DNA of 59,292 nucleotides from Caecitellus pseudoparvulus (taxonomy: Eukaryota > Protista > Bigyra: Bicosoecida), in contig CBFFRQ010000005.1 of NCBI GenBank assembly GCA_965644315.1, positions 1 through 59,292 of the forward strand, written 5' to 3'. The stretch's first letter is position 1, and every line of letters starts with the position of its first letter. The notes under the pieces were generated by a model. The model was not told where the DNA came from and did no database searches. It worked only from the letters and a program-made list of their open reading frames with translations. Position numbers and translations under genes: made by a program. This document shows, one piece after another, positions 23,601 to 35,971 of the stretch.

Positions 23601-23824
23601 CCTGATCCCAAGTACCTTCCTGGTGCACCTGTGCGTTGAAGGCTTTGAACATAGCAAAAGACTTTCAGTGGGCTGAGAGCGCATGCCTTTGCACACTCAC
23701 AGCAAGCGACTCCAAAACAAGGTGAAGCAAGAAGAAGTAGCCCAATAACCCACAAGTGATGGTGAGAGGGCCAGAGCTGTGCAAGGAACCCAGGCTTGGC
23801 CTGCCCACTGTCGTTTCCGTGCAT
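14657..23824 (-). CDS. Giant (~3000 aa) surface protein: signal peptide, Cys-rich ephrin-receptor-like repeat, RCC1-like repeats, short LRR-like stretch, many IPT/TIG domains, Cys-rich region, multi-TM C-terminus
   Basis: 2901-aa ORF plus inferred upstream exons (GTGAGT donors near 23700 and 23410). Motifs: CPYGRYQ..CPPG, HACVL..VHCWG, HSCAV..FCWG, P.I..VSP...G.NFG, CATGYTGPLCATC, and multiple hydrophobic helices. Confidence 0.85.
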
Positions 23825-24720
23825 CCTTCTCGGCAAGCTGAACTTTCCAAAACTACGGAACAAATCTAGAACAACTAGATTGCCGAAATCTTTGACACTG
23901 GTCCAGAAGAAAACCTTGGTTCAGGTTGCACTGCGACCCAACGTTTCTCAACTTCAACGATGTCGAAGCTGCGAGAGCCAGTCCCTTGCGCAGCTGCCAC
24001 AGCTCAGAAACGTGGCACAACACCTTAAAGGCCTGTGATAAGCGAACAGCAGGCGGTGCATGGCAGGCTCCCGCCTGCGTTGCAACTGCCCTGGCTCTTC
24101 TCTGCGGTGGTTGCAGAAAGAGCTCCCCAACGCGAGATCACGAACCAAGTTTACTGTTGCCACAAGAGGTGGCGAAATGTACCCAATCAAGCAGAATGTT
24201 GGAACATGCGAGCAGACTTGTTCAGGTTTTCTCTCCTTCTCCATCAGTATGAGTAGTTCCTGACGTGCAATGAAAGTAAGCAGCTCACAGAAGACGTGCG
24301 CAGGCGAATCGAGAGGAGCGAGGAGAGGGGGCGTATCGACCGATTTGTACCCCCCTCCAGAAAAACCACCCCAACGCTGCCTTCCAGCAAGGCGCCAAGT
24401 TGTGCACCACCAGCATTCCCTCATAGCCTCTTTTCGAGCACTTTTTTTCTGTTCACACGGAGGACCATGGAGCATAGGTATAATCGATTTCCGCAAGCAT
24501 GTACACGTCCCGCACCATTGCCGTTCTCAGACAAGAGCATCACAACGAGATACATATCTCAGAGCCATGAGAAAAGGTATTCTTCTGGTAGCTTGATCTT
24601 TGTGCACAACCTTGAAACTCTGGCGAGGTCAGGTGCCTGAAGGTTGGCACCCGAGATCACCAAAGAATGCTACGTGGTTGATATGAGTAACCCTCCAAAG
24701 CGGCTGCGTTTTCTGGCTCT

Positions 24721-25682
24721 GTGGGGCCAGTGCTGGACATGTTCATGGCGTCTACTGCGCAGCCTGTGACCCGAAGCGTGCCTGGATCAGCTGTCATGAC
24801 CACCTGTGCAGCGCTGAGTCGGGCTTGGCCTCCCCTTCAGCATGGAGAGGGGGTGCTGATGGCCTTTCCTGACAACCCTGCTAAGCTGGGGGTCGCGTCG
24901 GCGCTGCGAGATGGGCAAGGCTCCGTGGACGCCGCACTGAGGAAGGATGCGACTGAGAAGCAAGGCAACATGCTGTACAGGTGCATCGAGCCGTGTGGGG
25001 GTATGGAGAGCAAGGCAGGCACCCTGGCAGGCACGATACACGACGTCAAAAGGGACTCCTGGGCTTTGCAGCCTGCTGCTAATGCTGCACTGGCAGGCTC
25101 ACTGTACGAGCACTACATCCCCACCCGCAAGCAGCCCGTCACCCTGGTCGTCCAACCAGTGGGCCTCGCTGCAACCCACCCAGCCTATGGCGAGCAGTTA
25201 CCCTTCCTCCCTCGCCCTCCTGGCCCATGCCCCAGCAAGACTGTGCCGTGGAGCCCAGACGGCCATAGCCTGCCAGCCAGTGAAGCATACCAAGCAGCGG
25301 CAGCCGCAGGACGGTTGCGCTTCGAAGTCGCAGTGGCCGCACAAGCTGGCAGGCCGGCCCAGGTGGGTGACCGACCCATCCCCCCAGAAGTCCATGCTGG
25401 CCCGGAGCGCACCACAAACGTGCTGGGTGTAAGAATGGGTCGATGCGCAGTGAGTGACCCCGTTTGAGAGATGCAAGTCAAGGTTGGAGAGAAATTTGGA
25501 GGTTGAGAGGAGTGAGAAACATCCGCCCCTCTGAAGTTCTCACCGCAAAAACGGATCCCCAACCCGATTCGGTGCCTTCCAAGGTCCAAATCCATTACCC
25601 TTACGTACCTGCACGATTGTTGATGGTTCCTACCGCGGCGGTCTCACAGGGCGCCATCTGCAGTGCCAGCTGCGGTATTTGA
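24721..25682 (+). CDS. Hypothetical protein (structure uncertain)
   Basis: 248-aa GC-rich ORF with a possible further exon at 25464-25682. No motif recognised. Confidence 0.35.
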
Positions 25683-26272
25683 CACGAAACGCCGACCCTC
25701 AGCTTCTGCTGTCTATGCCTCCAGCAGACCCATGCCTGTCAGCCTCCAAATGCACCAGTTTGCTCAACCATCAGAGTTCACGTTGCCTGTCGGTATTTTG
25801 TTGGGAAACCATTGCGGTCTTTCACGACAGAACTGAGTTACGTAAACTGCTACATCTGTATATCCGTTTGTTTGGGCAAGTTCGATAGAGATCCTTGAAC
25901 TCAGCAGTTTCTATGCCGCACTACACCTTGACACGTTCCATCCAGATCCAAATTTTGGCATGCCAGCACCCACACCTCCCTCAACCTCGCATAGTTGTGT
26001 TCAATTTTTCCACGCTCAGCAGCAAAGCCAAGCTTGTTACCTGCTGGAGCGCAGCATCACTTTTCCAGTGCATGCGCCCGCTTTCCGCCCAAAGCGGCTC
26101 ACTCGTGCATACCTCATAATCGATCACCATGTCTGCAGCTGGATCAACACACGGTACGCTTGCTCTGCCCCAGCTCTGCGTTCTGTCGTGCTTGCGTTCA
26201 TGCGTGTATTTCGTTCGATTTCCGCACAGCGCCAGGCGCTCCTTCCGACTCTTCCGACGAGGTCCCAGAGGG

Positions 26273-27879
26273 ATGGTGCGTTGATTGCTACATAGTATAC
26301 AATTACAGACACCCCATTCTCCACTTTCCACTCTGCCTAACTTCACAGGACATTCGTGGAGCTGCAGTTGTTGCAGAAGCGGCAGCAGACGGCGGCTGCC
26401 AAGACTGGTCAAGGCAAGGTGCCCGAGTCTTTCTTGGTTGAGACGCAGTATGGCCGAGCCGTTCTGGAGGAGCTTCGGGAGCGGGTAGTGGATGGTGTGC
26501 CCGTGTTTGACATCAAGGCAGCGCTCCCTTACGGGACTGGGTATCTCTCCCCAGACGCGATCTCCGGCACCCCCATCAGGTTCAAGGCAGGGGACCGCGT
26601 GACCACGCCGTTTGGCCCTGGCGTCGTGACAGGCATGCTGTGCGTGGTCCTGGGCCGCAAGACTTTGACTTTCCCGCCCACCCTTACTTCACACACCCCG
26701 CCTGCTCCTCCGCAGTCTCGATCGCCAGCGCAAGGTGTACGAGGTGGACCTCGTGGCCTGGAAGCTGTCTGACGGCTCCTTCCCTCATGCAACTTTGAAC
26801 GTACGTCATAGCAGCACTGCCTTTTCCATGGCTACACTGCACTCGATTCACCCGTTTTCCCACAGCACGCGGATGTGCGGCGTCGTTGGGAGCGGACTTT
26901 TGAGGAAATGGTGCAGTATGGCGGCGAGCTCAAGGCAGAGGGGAACGTGCACATGAAGGCGGGGGAGTGGGCCAAGGCCAGGGCCGCGTACATGCAGGCA
27001 GTGGAGATGGCCGACACGTGGCTGACAGCAAACAACCAGAGTCTGGAGCGCGTCGTGCCTTCCGAGTGGCCGGGCCTGTTTCACATGTTGGCGCTGTGCC
27101 GTTCCAACTGCGCCCAAGCACTGCTGAAGCTGGAACCTGTGGATGGGGAAGCCGTCGTGGTGCAGGCTCAGACAGCTCGGGAGTTTATCGATCGGCGTGT
27201 GGTGCCGCACTTCAAGCAGGCACATGCAGACGCCAAGGCGGAGCTGGACGCTGCTCTTGCCGCAGCCAAGGAGGCCGGAGTGAGTGCTGCCTCTTCATCA
27301 GGGGATGCAGCAGCCCCCCAGCCCCTCCTTGAGGCTGTTCGAGCTGCGAAGGCCAAGTGGGACGTTGCGAAGGACGAGTACGCCAAGGTGAAGCGCTTCG
27401 CCCAGCGGACGCTGTTTCGATTGGGCCGGGGGCTCATCCTCATGCAGGAGTTCCAGGCCGCCTTGCGAGTGCTGACGCATGCAGACCTCGTGGGGGACCG
27501 TCAGGCGCTGGCTCTCGCACACTCTGCGAAGAAGCAGTTCGACGCACAGCAGAGCAAGTCGCGGGCAATGTGGAAGGGAGCTCTGCAGCGCATGAGTTCT
27601 GAGGATGGCAGGGAGGGAGCAGACCCAACACCCGCCGAGGAGTCCAAGCCACAGCAGGCGCTGGCCAGCCCGGAGCCCAGTGCACAGACACAGCTCATGG
27701 CTGAGCACAGTGACGAGGAGGAGGAAGAGGAGATCGAAGCTGGCACGTTTCTGGGCCTGTCTGCCAGCACTTGGGGCTACGTTGGCCTTGCTGCTGGGGC
27801 AGCTGCACTGGCCGGTGCAGCTGCTTACGGTGCTGGGGTGTTCCAGCGGGCGTCCAAGAAGCGCCGGGGGGACCTGTGA
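26273..27879 (+). CDS. TPR-domain protein with N-terminal TP(F/Y)G motifs and a C-terminal TM anchor (spliced)
   Basis: TPR co-chaperone-type helices: LKAEGN..KAGEW..A..AY, SNCAQALLKL, LFRLGRGL. Also VTTPFGPGVV and a hydrophobic tail followed by a basic end. The start is approximate. Confidence 0.75.
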
Positions 27880-28524
27880 GGCGCCCTGGCATCCAGCATG
27901 GCACCGCAGACTCAATGTATTCGAATAGATTTCCACGCTCAAGCTCACGCCATGTGGCCCGAATCACATATATGTTGCTGCATTTCAGCAGCTAACTCTG
28001 GCCAGTCGCACCACAGGCTGCATTCGATCGACTCCTCGGCCCGCTCCCATTCCAGGCCTCTGCATTGGCTCGCTTTCCACGCAACTCTCATTTCTCGTCA
28101 TATTCATTTGCAGGCATTAACACCGCCTTACTTCCAACGCAATCCAACGAAGCTGCGAGGCAAGGCCCGCGTTCGCCACTTCTCTTTGCCAGCTCTCTGA
28201 CCCTCAAGCTGTTGACCAGTGGAACAAAGTTGCAAACGCCAGTGCGCCACCTTGATCACCTCGCATTGGAAGGCAATGAGCGCAAGTCAACCACTTCAGC
28301 CGTTCACCTTCATCGCTCACCAACTGACAACACTAGGCGCACATCAACCACTTCAGCCACCCGCTTGCATTGCTCAACAAGCTTGCAACAAGTGGCAAGC
28401 AACCCAACAACAGTCCCCTCCCTTCACAGCCCAGAAAATGATGACTCTTGGTGCGTTCCGCCTACTTCAGGAGGCCACCAAGAGTGCCCAGACAAAGTGG
28501 GTCACTTGAGACGTCCTTCCCATT

Positions 28525-31500
28525 TCAGCTCGCCTCTACACAAGACTGCAGCCATTCCAGCACCGTCGCATGCCACTTGATGGAGTTAGTTGGTCGCAAC
28601 ACCCAGTGGTTCTCCTTGGGAAATAACAGGAGCTTGGACTTGACGCCTGCGCGTTGCAAGGCAGTAAATGCGGCCAGGCCCTCCACGTCAGGGAGGCGGT
28701 AGTCCTTGCTTCCGTGCACGAACAGCGTGGGAGTGCACCACTTGGCCACTTGGCTGCAGGGCGATGTGGCCTGGTACAAGGCATCGGTGCTGTCTGGGTC
28801 TCCCAGCTGAGGAAAGGCTGGGTCTTGTTGCCTGGCGGCCTCGGCTTCGGCTTGTGGCGACCCTGCACAATGGGGCGCACCCCCAAACTCCCACTGGGGG
28901 AACCAGATCTCTTCCGTGCCAAAGTATGTCGCACGCGTGTCAAAGATGCCATCGTGGCAGAACAGGCCCTTGAACAGGCGGGTGTGTCCGTTGAGCCAGT
29001 TGATGCTGTAGCCGCCAAACGACGCACCAGCAGCCACCATGCGAGCTGGGTCGCCGCCGAACTTTCGGACAGCAGCTCGGAGGCCCAAGAGGTTGTCCAG
29101 CTGTGGTGCACCGCCCCAGTCTCCCGACACAGCGTCCATGAACGCTTGCCCGTACGACGCGGAGCCGTGGAAGTTCACTGCAACAGTCAGGAATCCTGCT
29201 GCAGCGTAAAATTGAGGGTGCCAGCGGTAGTGCCATGTGTCGCCCCAGGCACCCTGTGGGCCCCCGTGGATGAGCAACAGCACTGGGAGTGTCCCTGTCC
29301 CTGCAGACGCACCCGGCGGCCGCAACACCCAGGCATGCACCAGCTCTCCGCTCTGCGACCCGGCCTTGTCCAGCGTCTGTTCTTCTTCAAACAGCGAGTC
29401 TTGCCACACATTCACGTCTCCATCCAGGGCAGGCTCTGGTCGCCAGGCCCCGCTTGCATCTCGCCGGCCATTCCCACTGCCGCCCACAAACCACAGCTCC
29501 TCAACTTCGCCCAGTTCCAGTTTCTCCGTGTGCTGCTGCGTCAGGAACGTCGCTCGGTCACAGAGGGGGACATCCAGGGAAGGCAGTGCGTGACCTGGAA
29601 TGCCAAAGGGCCACTCTGCGCAGGGACTTGCCCCGGTGCCGTTGAAGCGCAGCGCAGTTTCCTGGCAAGCCGGCACACCGCCAGGCGCGAGGGCGGCCAG
29701 CGCCTCTTGACTGAGCAGAGCAGCCCTTGAGATGGCAGAGTCAGACAAACACCCTGCTTCTGGCAGGGTGGCGAACGGGTGCACGTCAGGAGGGCACGTG
29801 TCATCCGCTTCGGGGGGCAGCGTCAGCATGGCACTGTGAAGTTCATGCGCGCTGCGCATGCTGCAGCCCAGGAATGCCAGGCGCAGAGTAACACCTGCCT
29901 TGACTAGATGAGCCACGGGTTGCTGCAGGGGGTTCTGCGGCGTCGGCTGGGCAGGCGCCGCGCCCATCGCTTGCAGTGCCTCCACCTCGCCTGGTAGTGC
30001 ATCTCGCAGCGTGGCTGAGTGCACCGTGCTCGAGGCGCTGGTCGCACTGCAGGGCAGGCGCAGCCAGTGGTACGAAATTGACACGTCAGTGCCCGCCACA
30101 CCGGCCAGGCGAATGCCGATTACACAGAGGCGCACCTTTGCATGGTGCATGGCAGTGGCCAGCAACCAGTGCGTGGCGGCAGTCCGCCCATCCGCTGTGT
30201 CGCAGGTGCAGGCGAGGGGTTGCAGGTCGGAGAAGGACACATCCACGTCCACGCTGCGGTACAGCACTTGCTGGCTCTGCACATGGTACACTACGAGCCG
30301 CATGCAGTCGCTCTCAAAACCTGGCCGCTGCATGGCCGTCCACACGAGCAGGCTGGGCTCTGATGCGCTCCGCAGAGCCGCGCCGGCCAGCTCTTGCCCT
30401 GACACAGACGCTGCTGCCGCTTGGCTGGCATCCACGGACTGAAGCAGGGATGCAGCAGGCACTGCAGCTGGCTCCGTCAGCCAGAGGGGGCTGGCATGGA
30501 ATGAGAGGTGGCTTTGCGTCAGGTGCCTCCACCCACCCATGTGCAGATGAGTCACGTCAGTGACTTGCTCTGGCTCCAGTGCCAGCGCAGCACCGGAGCG
30601 GGGTGGCACAGCCTGCCGAAACACGTCTTGCAGCGGGATTTGGCACGTGTGCACGCCCGTGGCTGTTGTCGCCATCATGCCGAAGCCTGACGTGTATCCC
30701 TGCACACGAAACACTGCCGCCACGTTGAGGCAGGCAGCGCCACCCGCGCCCTGCACCCGGACACAGCTGGTGTCTGCCAGACTGTACCAGGTCTTGCCTG
30801 GGCAGTCACGCTGTGACAGGCCTGCCATGGTGTCCAGGCACGCGCCAAGGCGCCAGGGTTCGCCGATTCCAGAGCGCACGAGCACAAGAAGCATGAGGTG
30901 CGTGCGGGTGGCGTAGGCGTCTGTTGTGTCCCAGTGGCGCACTGGCAGAGTTTCCATCTCCACCCAGTCCTCCCCCTTTTCTGCAGCGCTCTTCAAACCG
31001 CTGTGGAAACTCCCGGTCCTGGCGAGCAGGCCGGGGGATGTGGAAGCAGCCACCACGCCTTCCGCTGCGCCGGTGGCTGCGGGCGCAGGCGCTGCGTCGC
31101 CCCCAGGCCGAGATGAAACACAGTGCTCGTGTTCACGAATATCCATGGCGGCAGTGAGCAGCTGCACTTCGGCGCCTGGCACGGCTCCAGCCAAGGACTG
31201 GGAGGGCACGCTGGCGATTTCCGCAGCTCCTCCGCAGCCTTTGGGGAACCTGGACACTTGCACCGGGGCACCACCTTCGCGGAGTGGCATGCACCATACT
31301 TGGCTCACACCCGTGCTGTCTGCCTCAAGGAAGAAACACGTGTCGCCGTCGTCGCTCCACACGGCTCCGTGCGGCGAGCCAGTGTGTGTCAACAAGCGAG
31401 TGGTGGGCTTCACCTGGCTCACATCAGTCAGCGCCAAGTGTGAGCTTGACACGCCTTCGGCGGGCTTGACAAACTTTACCCCATGGATGACCTGCTGCTT

Positions 31501-31557
31501 GTCGTTGATGGGCCCGGGGGACACCCGCGGGGTGGAGAGCAGTTGCTCCGGTGTCAT
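28525..31557 (-). CDS. S9 family serine peptidase (dipeptidyl-peptidase V / acylaminoacyl peptidase-like)
   Basis: IHGGPQGAW, GASFGG nucleophile, HGSKDYR, ENHW. Confidence 0.92.
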   Translation of the reverse strand: MTPEQLLSTPRVSPGPINDKQQVIHGVKFVKPAEGVSSSHLALTDVSQVKPTTRLLTHTGSPHGAVWSDDGDTCFFLEADSTGVSQVWCMPLREGGAPVQVSRFPKGCGGAAEIASVPSQSLAGAVPGAEVQLLTAAMDIREHEHCVSSRPGGDAAPAPAATGAAEGVVAASTSPGLLARTGSFHSGLKSAAEKGEDWVEMETLPVRHWDTTDAYATRTHLMLLVLVRSGIGEPWRLGACLDTMAGLSQRDCPGKTWYSLADTSCVRVQGAGGAACLNVAAVFRVQGYTSGFGMMATTATGVHTCQIPLQDVFRQAVPPRSGAALALEPEQVTDVTHLHMGGWRHLTQSHLSFHASPLWLTEPAAVPAASLLQSVDASQAAAASVSGQELAGAALRSASEPSLLVWTAMQRPGFESDCMRLVVYHVQSQQVLYRSVDVDVSFSDLQPLACTCDTADGRTAATHWLLATAMHHAKVRLCVIGIRLAGVAGTDVSISYHWLRLPCSATSASSTVHSATLRDALPGEVEALQAMGAAPAQPTPQNPLQQPVAHLVKAGVTLRLAFLGCSMRSAHELHSAMLTLPPEADDTCPPDVHPFATLPEAGCLSDSAISRAALLSQEALAALAPGGVPACQETALRFNGTGASPCAEWPFGIPGHALPSLDVPLCDRATFLTQQHTEKLELGEVEELWFVGGSGNGRRDASGAWRPEPALDGDVNVWQDSLFEEEQTLDKAGSQSGELVHAWVLRPPGASAGTGTLPVLLLIHGGPQGAWGDTWHYRWHPQFYAAAGFLTVAVNFHGSASYGQAFMDAVSGDWGGAPQLDNLLGLRAAVRKFGGDPARMVAAGASFGGYSINWLNGHTRLFKGLFCHDGIFDTRATYFGTEEIWFPQWEFGGAPHCAGSPQAEAEAARQQDPAFPQLGDPDSTDALYQATSPCSQVAKWCTPTLFVHGSKDYRLPDVEGLAAFTALQRAGVKSKLLLFPKENHWVLRPTNSIKWHATVLEWLQSCVEAS

Positions 31558-31935
31558 GCTTGACTTGCCTCAACAAAAGCCTTGCAGCAGTCACGCAAGC
31601 CAAAGCTTTGGATCCGGGGAGTTGGGGAATGCAGAAGGGACTCTACCCAAGGTGTCGCACAAACTGGAACTCGCTGACCTTGTCCTGGAGTTTGTAGTTT
31701 TGACACTTCCCACCAACTGCAACGCACCCACTATCCGTACCGAGCTTCAGCCAGGCCGCGGACCAATCCAGCGCATGTTCCCGGTTCCCCAATCGGTACA
31801 CGAACTAGGTCTCCCACCTAACCGTCCTGTCATACTGCTCTTCCGCCTGTGCTGCAAGGAGCACTGCTCAGCAATTCACAACTCCCCACACACCCCCTGC
31901 TCCGTCAGAGCTGACACCAACCTGCGGAGCCCAGC

Positions 31936-33332
31936 ATGGCTGCAGCAGATCAAGACGCAGTGGCTGACGGGCCCACTGCCTCGTCCCCGGCAGCGGTCTT
32001 GGCGGAGGATCGCTCCCACATCACAGCCGCTGAAGTGCAGGCCAGCGCCACGTCCAGCGACCAAGATGCTGTAGACACGCCAGTGCAGCACACCGAGACT
32101 GAGGCGTTCTGCGGAAGGTGGTCATGTGGCACTTCATGTGCTCGGCGACTGCAAACTGCGGCAGTGCTGCTGCTGAACTGGCCAGCAAGCTTGCTGGCAG
32201 GTGTGTGGCTCCGCGTTTCGCGTTGAAACACCGTGCCGCCCATCACCTATTCACGCCTTTCTGCAGGCCTGACAACCATGGGGCTGCTGCTGTATCTGGG
32301 CGGGTGGTTCCGCATTTTCATCTGCGTTTACGTTGGCTGGATCGTGTTCGTTGACGACCAGCCGCACAAGGGCGATCGGGCGTGGTGCGTGGGCGCGGTC
32401 GCTGGGCGCAAAAATTCCGACACGTCAGGCATCACCGCGGCCCCGCACTTGCCCCCGCTGCAGGCCTGCGCTGAAGCGATTCACGGCGCCCATGTATGCC
32501 TGGCTGCGGGATTTCTTCCCTGTGGAGCTCGTGAAGACGACGGAGCTGGACCCTTCGCGGCGATACGTGTTTGGGTATCACCCTCACGGCATCCTGTCTG
32601 TCGGCGCCTTCATCAACTTTGCGTCGGATGCGACGGGCTTCACGTCCCTCTTCCCTGGTGTGGACCTACGCCTGCTCACACTGGCCGGGAACATGCTGGT
32701 GCCGTTCCACCGCGAGTGGGCCATGGCTCACGGCGCCGCAGTGGCTTCGCGCCAATGTTGCCTGTACAACCTGCGCAAAGGCCGCAGTGTGCTGCTGGTG
32801 CTGGGCGGCGCACAGGAATCCCTGGATGCCCAGGAAGGCACCATCAACTTGACGTTGCTGAAGCGCAAGGGCTTCGTGCGCATCGCTCTCAGCACCGGCG
32901 CTAGCCTTGGTGCGTGGGCAAAGACCACACCTAGCCCCCAGCACTGCTGCACCACATGCCCCCCTCTTCCTTCCTTTTGCAGTGCCGTGCTTGAGCTTTG
33001 GAGAGAACGACGTGCTGACGCAGTGGGGCGAGGCGGGCTCCAGCCTGCGCGCCTGGCAGGAGTTCGCCAAGGCGTGGATGGGGTTCGCACCCCCCTGCCC
33101 CAAGGGACGAGGCATTTGGAACCTGGACGGCATGGATGTGGCTGTGGTGCCACACCGCCGCCGCATTGTGACTGTGGTGGGGCGCCCTTTGCACGTGGAA
33201 GCCCCCAACAGCACCCCTACTGAGGAGCAGGTGACTGCCCTGCACACAGCTTACGTTGAGGAGCTGGCGAGGCTGTTCCACGAGTATGGCCCCAAGTACG
33301 CGCCAGGTGTGGAGTTGAATTTCGTCGCGTGA
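31936..33332 (+). CDS. DGAT2: Diacylglycerol O-acyltransferase 2 family (spliced)
   Basis: DFFP, YVFGYHPHG, VLGGAQE, RKGFVRIAL, SFGEND, TVVGRP, YVEELARLF. Confidence 0.9.
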
Positions 33333-33374
33333 AATGCACTGCCGCAGGTAGCCACTCAAGATCCCCCGTGGTCA

Positions 33375-34895
33375 TCACTGCATGGAGCTCTGCGACACGC
33401 CCAGCGTCGTGGACCGGTCGCCAGCTGCCTGCCCCGGAAACTGGGCGGGGGACGCCACTTCGCCCGCACCTGCCTCCACCAGGTGTGAGCCCTGCAGCAG
33501 TACTTCGCCAGAAGCTTGCGAAGGCAGCTGCAGTGTGTCGTCTGCAGCCGCTGCCGCCGCTGAGGGCGGCAGTGGGGCTTGTGAAGGCGGCGGGGCGGTG
33601 GTGGACGAGGCTGGAAGGGGGGTGGATGAGGGGGCTGCCTGAGACGGCGTGCTGGCTGCCCTGGCATCGACTACAGGTTCCCGCGTGGCCAGGACGAGGT
33701 CTGCGTAATACGCCCGTGACCGCGTCTGGTCGGTGCTTAGTAGGGCTGGGTGCCCCGCCGCACTGCAGTACAGCGCCACCTCGTCGCACCGCACCACGCC
33801 AGACTCCGCAAACAGCAACAGGGCACGCAGCGGCGCACTGCGCAAGATGAACGCGACACTGTCCACTGCTTCCTCCGGCGCGTCAGCCTGTCCTTCTGGT
33901 GCCAGGTTCATGAGGAACTTGTCAAACTCTTGGGGCGGCAGGTGCAGCTGGGTGTTCACGTGCAGCCGGTCAGAGGTCGTGCCTCCACTGCGCGCGGCAG
34001 GGTCCTGCACTCCAAACTCGCTTTGAAGACGCATGCCATCGCTGGTCTGCAGTGCCAAGCTCAGGTCGGCTGCTGCCCCCACCAGCTCCACAGCTCGCAG
34101 CAGGCGCTGAGGCGCGATGGAGACCCTGTGCAGGGGGGCGTAATTGGCATGCAAAGTCAGCTGCCCAAACTCATGCAGATACAACGCCACGCACATGTGG
34201 GGAGCTCGCTGCCTGTCAAAGACTGCCTGAACGATTGTCGTCGACTCAAACGAGAAGGTGTGTGTCTTGATCAGTCCTGCGCTTGGTGAGCGGCGTGCAC
34301 ACCGCTGCTTCGCAGAGACACGAGCACACATGCTGCAGTCACGCACCAGAGTTGGCGTGGTTCTGGAACAGCAAGAAGTGGGTCGCCCCCATTTGCGTGG
34401 GCCGCATGACCAGGCGCTCGGCTGAGCGGATGCTGCGCAGCGCTTGCTGAATGCACTGTGCAGGGGAGCAAGTAAGGGCTGCAACACAAGGAAACCACGA
34501 CATCCCACTGAGTATATCGTACGTACTTTTGTCTCGATTCGGATTTGCAGGGGTCTGGACCCTTCAGGTGGCACGTATGAGGCAAAGAAGGCTGCGAGAG
34601 TTTCGGCGGCGTTTCAGAGTGACATAAGCTGCCGAAGTGCCACGATTCTGCGACGCACCTGGTTCGAAGTAGAAAGCGATGAAGGCGCTTTGACTCTCAT
34701 CCAGCGCACGCAAAATGATCTGGGCAGAAGGGAGCTTGATAGGCTCAACAGGGCATAGCTGGTGCGCCTCAAACGCGTAGCACGCACGCCTGAAGCAGAT
34801 GCTTCCCACTGCACTTTGCTGGGCTCGATGCGCGCTAGGCACTGGATTGCATTGGCGAACACGCGCAGGTTCTTGCTGGTGATTTCCGCATGCAT
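33375..34895 (-). CDS. RAD9: 9-1-1 checkpoint clamp subunit Rad9 (spliced)
   Basis: NLRVFANAIQCLARI, LRALDESQSAFIAFYF, GLIKTHTF, LRALLLFAES..G.P, DLVLAT, then a disordered tail. Confidence 0.75.
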
Positions 34896-35110
34896 GCTTG
34901 CGCGACGTGTGCCTTCAATGCAGCACGATTCAAAGCGGACTCCAACTTGTATGGTCCGACGGCGTTCACGCCAGCTTTGGCGACAGCAAGCAACCTCATC
35001 AATGGCTCATGCAGGGACCGACACAGCAATCCAGGCAAACCTATGAATGTCTTGAACCGCATTTGAGAAAATTGCCCAGCAAACACATCTTGCACAGTGC
35101 CCCGCAAACC

Positions 35111-35779
35111 TCAAGCGCGCATCCACAACTGCCCGCCGAGCTCCATGACTGTGCTGCCTTGGGGGATGCTGACGCCTTCCTGCAGGGGGATATCACTGTT
35201 CGTGACGTGCGGCCACGCCTGTACGCTCAGCTCTGTAGGCTCCGTGAAATAGGGGAAGCCAATGGCCAGAGTGCCCACGGCTGGAGACTCGTCGCTTGCT
35301 GAAGCAGAGGTCCACCCAGCTGGCGCCTTGCCGGACTTGCCATCCAAGTCAGTGTACTCGCATACCTGCTAAGGGCGCGGCTCTAGCAGTGCGGGCACGC
35401 AACTGTGCTCGAGGCGTCAGCAGCACGTACGCCCATGGAGTTGAAACGCAGGCGGGAGCCGCCGTCCGCAGAGTACCACGTCCCGACGATGACTCCTTTC
35501 ACAGGCTCTGGCTGGGAGCGCAGTGCGATGTAACCCGCATACGCAAAGGCGGGTGCTGGAAATGCAGGAGCGTGGCGTGGAAAGGTAAGGCCTTTGCACA
35601 CAGCGTATTGCTAATCAAGTCGCACCTGCCACCAGCAAAGCCACCACCCCACCTCGTCCAATGACTTCCTTTTGCTTCTGGGTGGGCTCGACCTTGGCAC
35701 TGCTGCAGAGACGGTGCTGCACACGCAGCATCCCGTGCATAACACGCGTTTGGGCCCGAGTCGCAAAGGAGAAAGCCAT
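35111..35779 (-). CDS. Small hypothetical protein, possibly mitochondrial (spliced)
   Basis: Presequence-like start MAFSFATRAQTRVMHGMLRVQHRLCSS. Downstream exons fall in ORFs 35383-35601 and 35111-35347. Confidence 0.5.
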
Positions 35780-35971
35780 GGTGCGCAACCTGCGGAAATT
35801 GCCTTCAGCCAGGCCAGTGTTTGCGTCACAACCACCAAAATCACGGAAAGTTGAAGTTGATCAGGTACAGCACAAGAGACCAATCCCTCGGCAACATGTT
35901 CATCAACTGTGAATTGGGCAGCGCCCCACCCCTCAGCTTGCCTGGCAGCCACTGGGTCCCACGCGGCGCAG

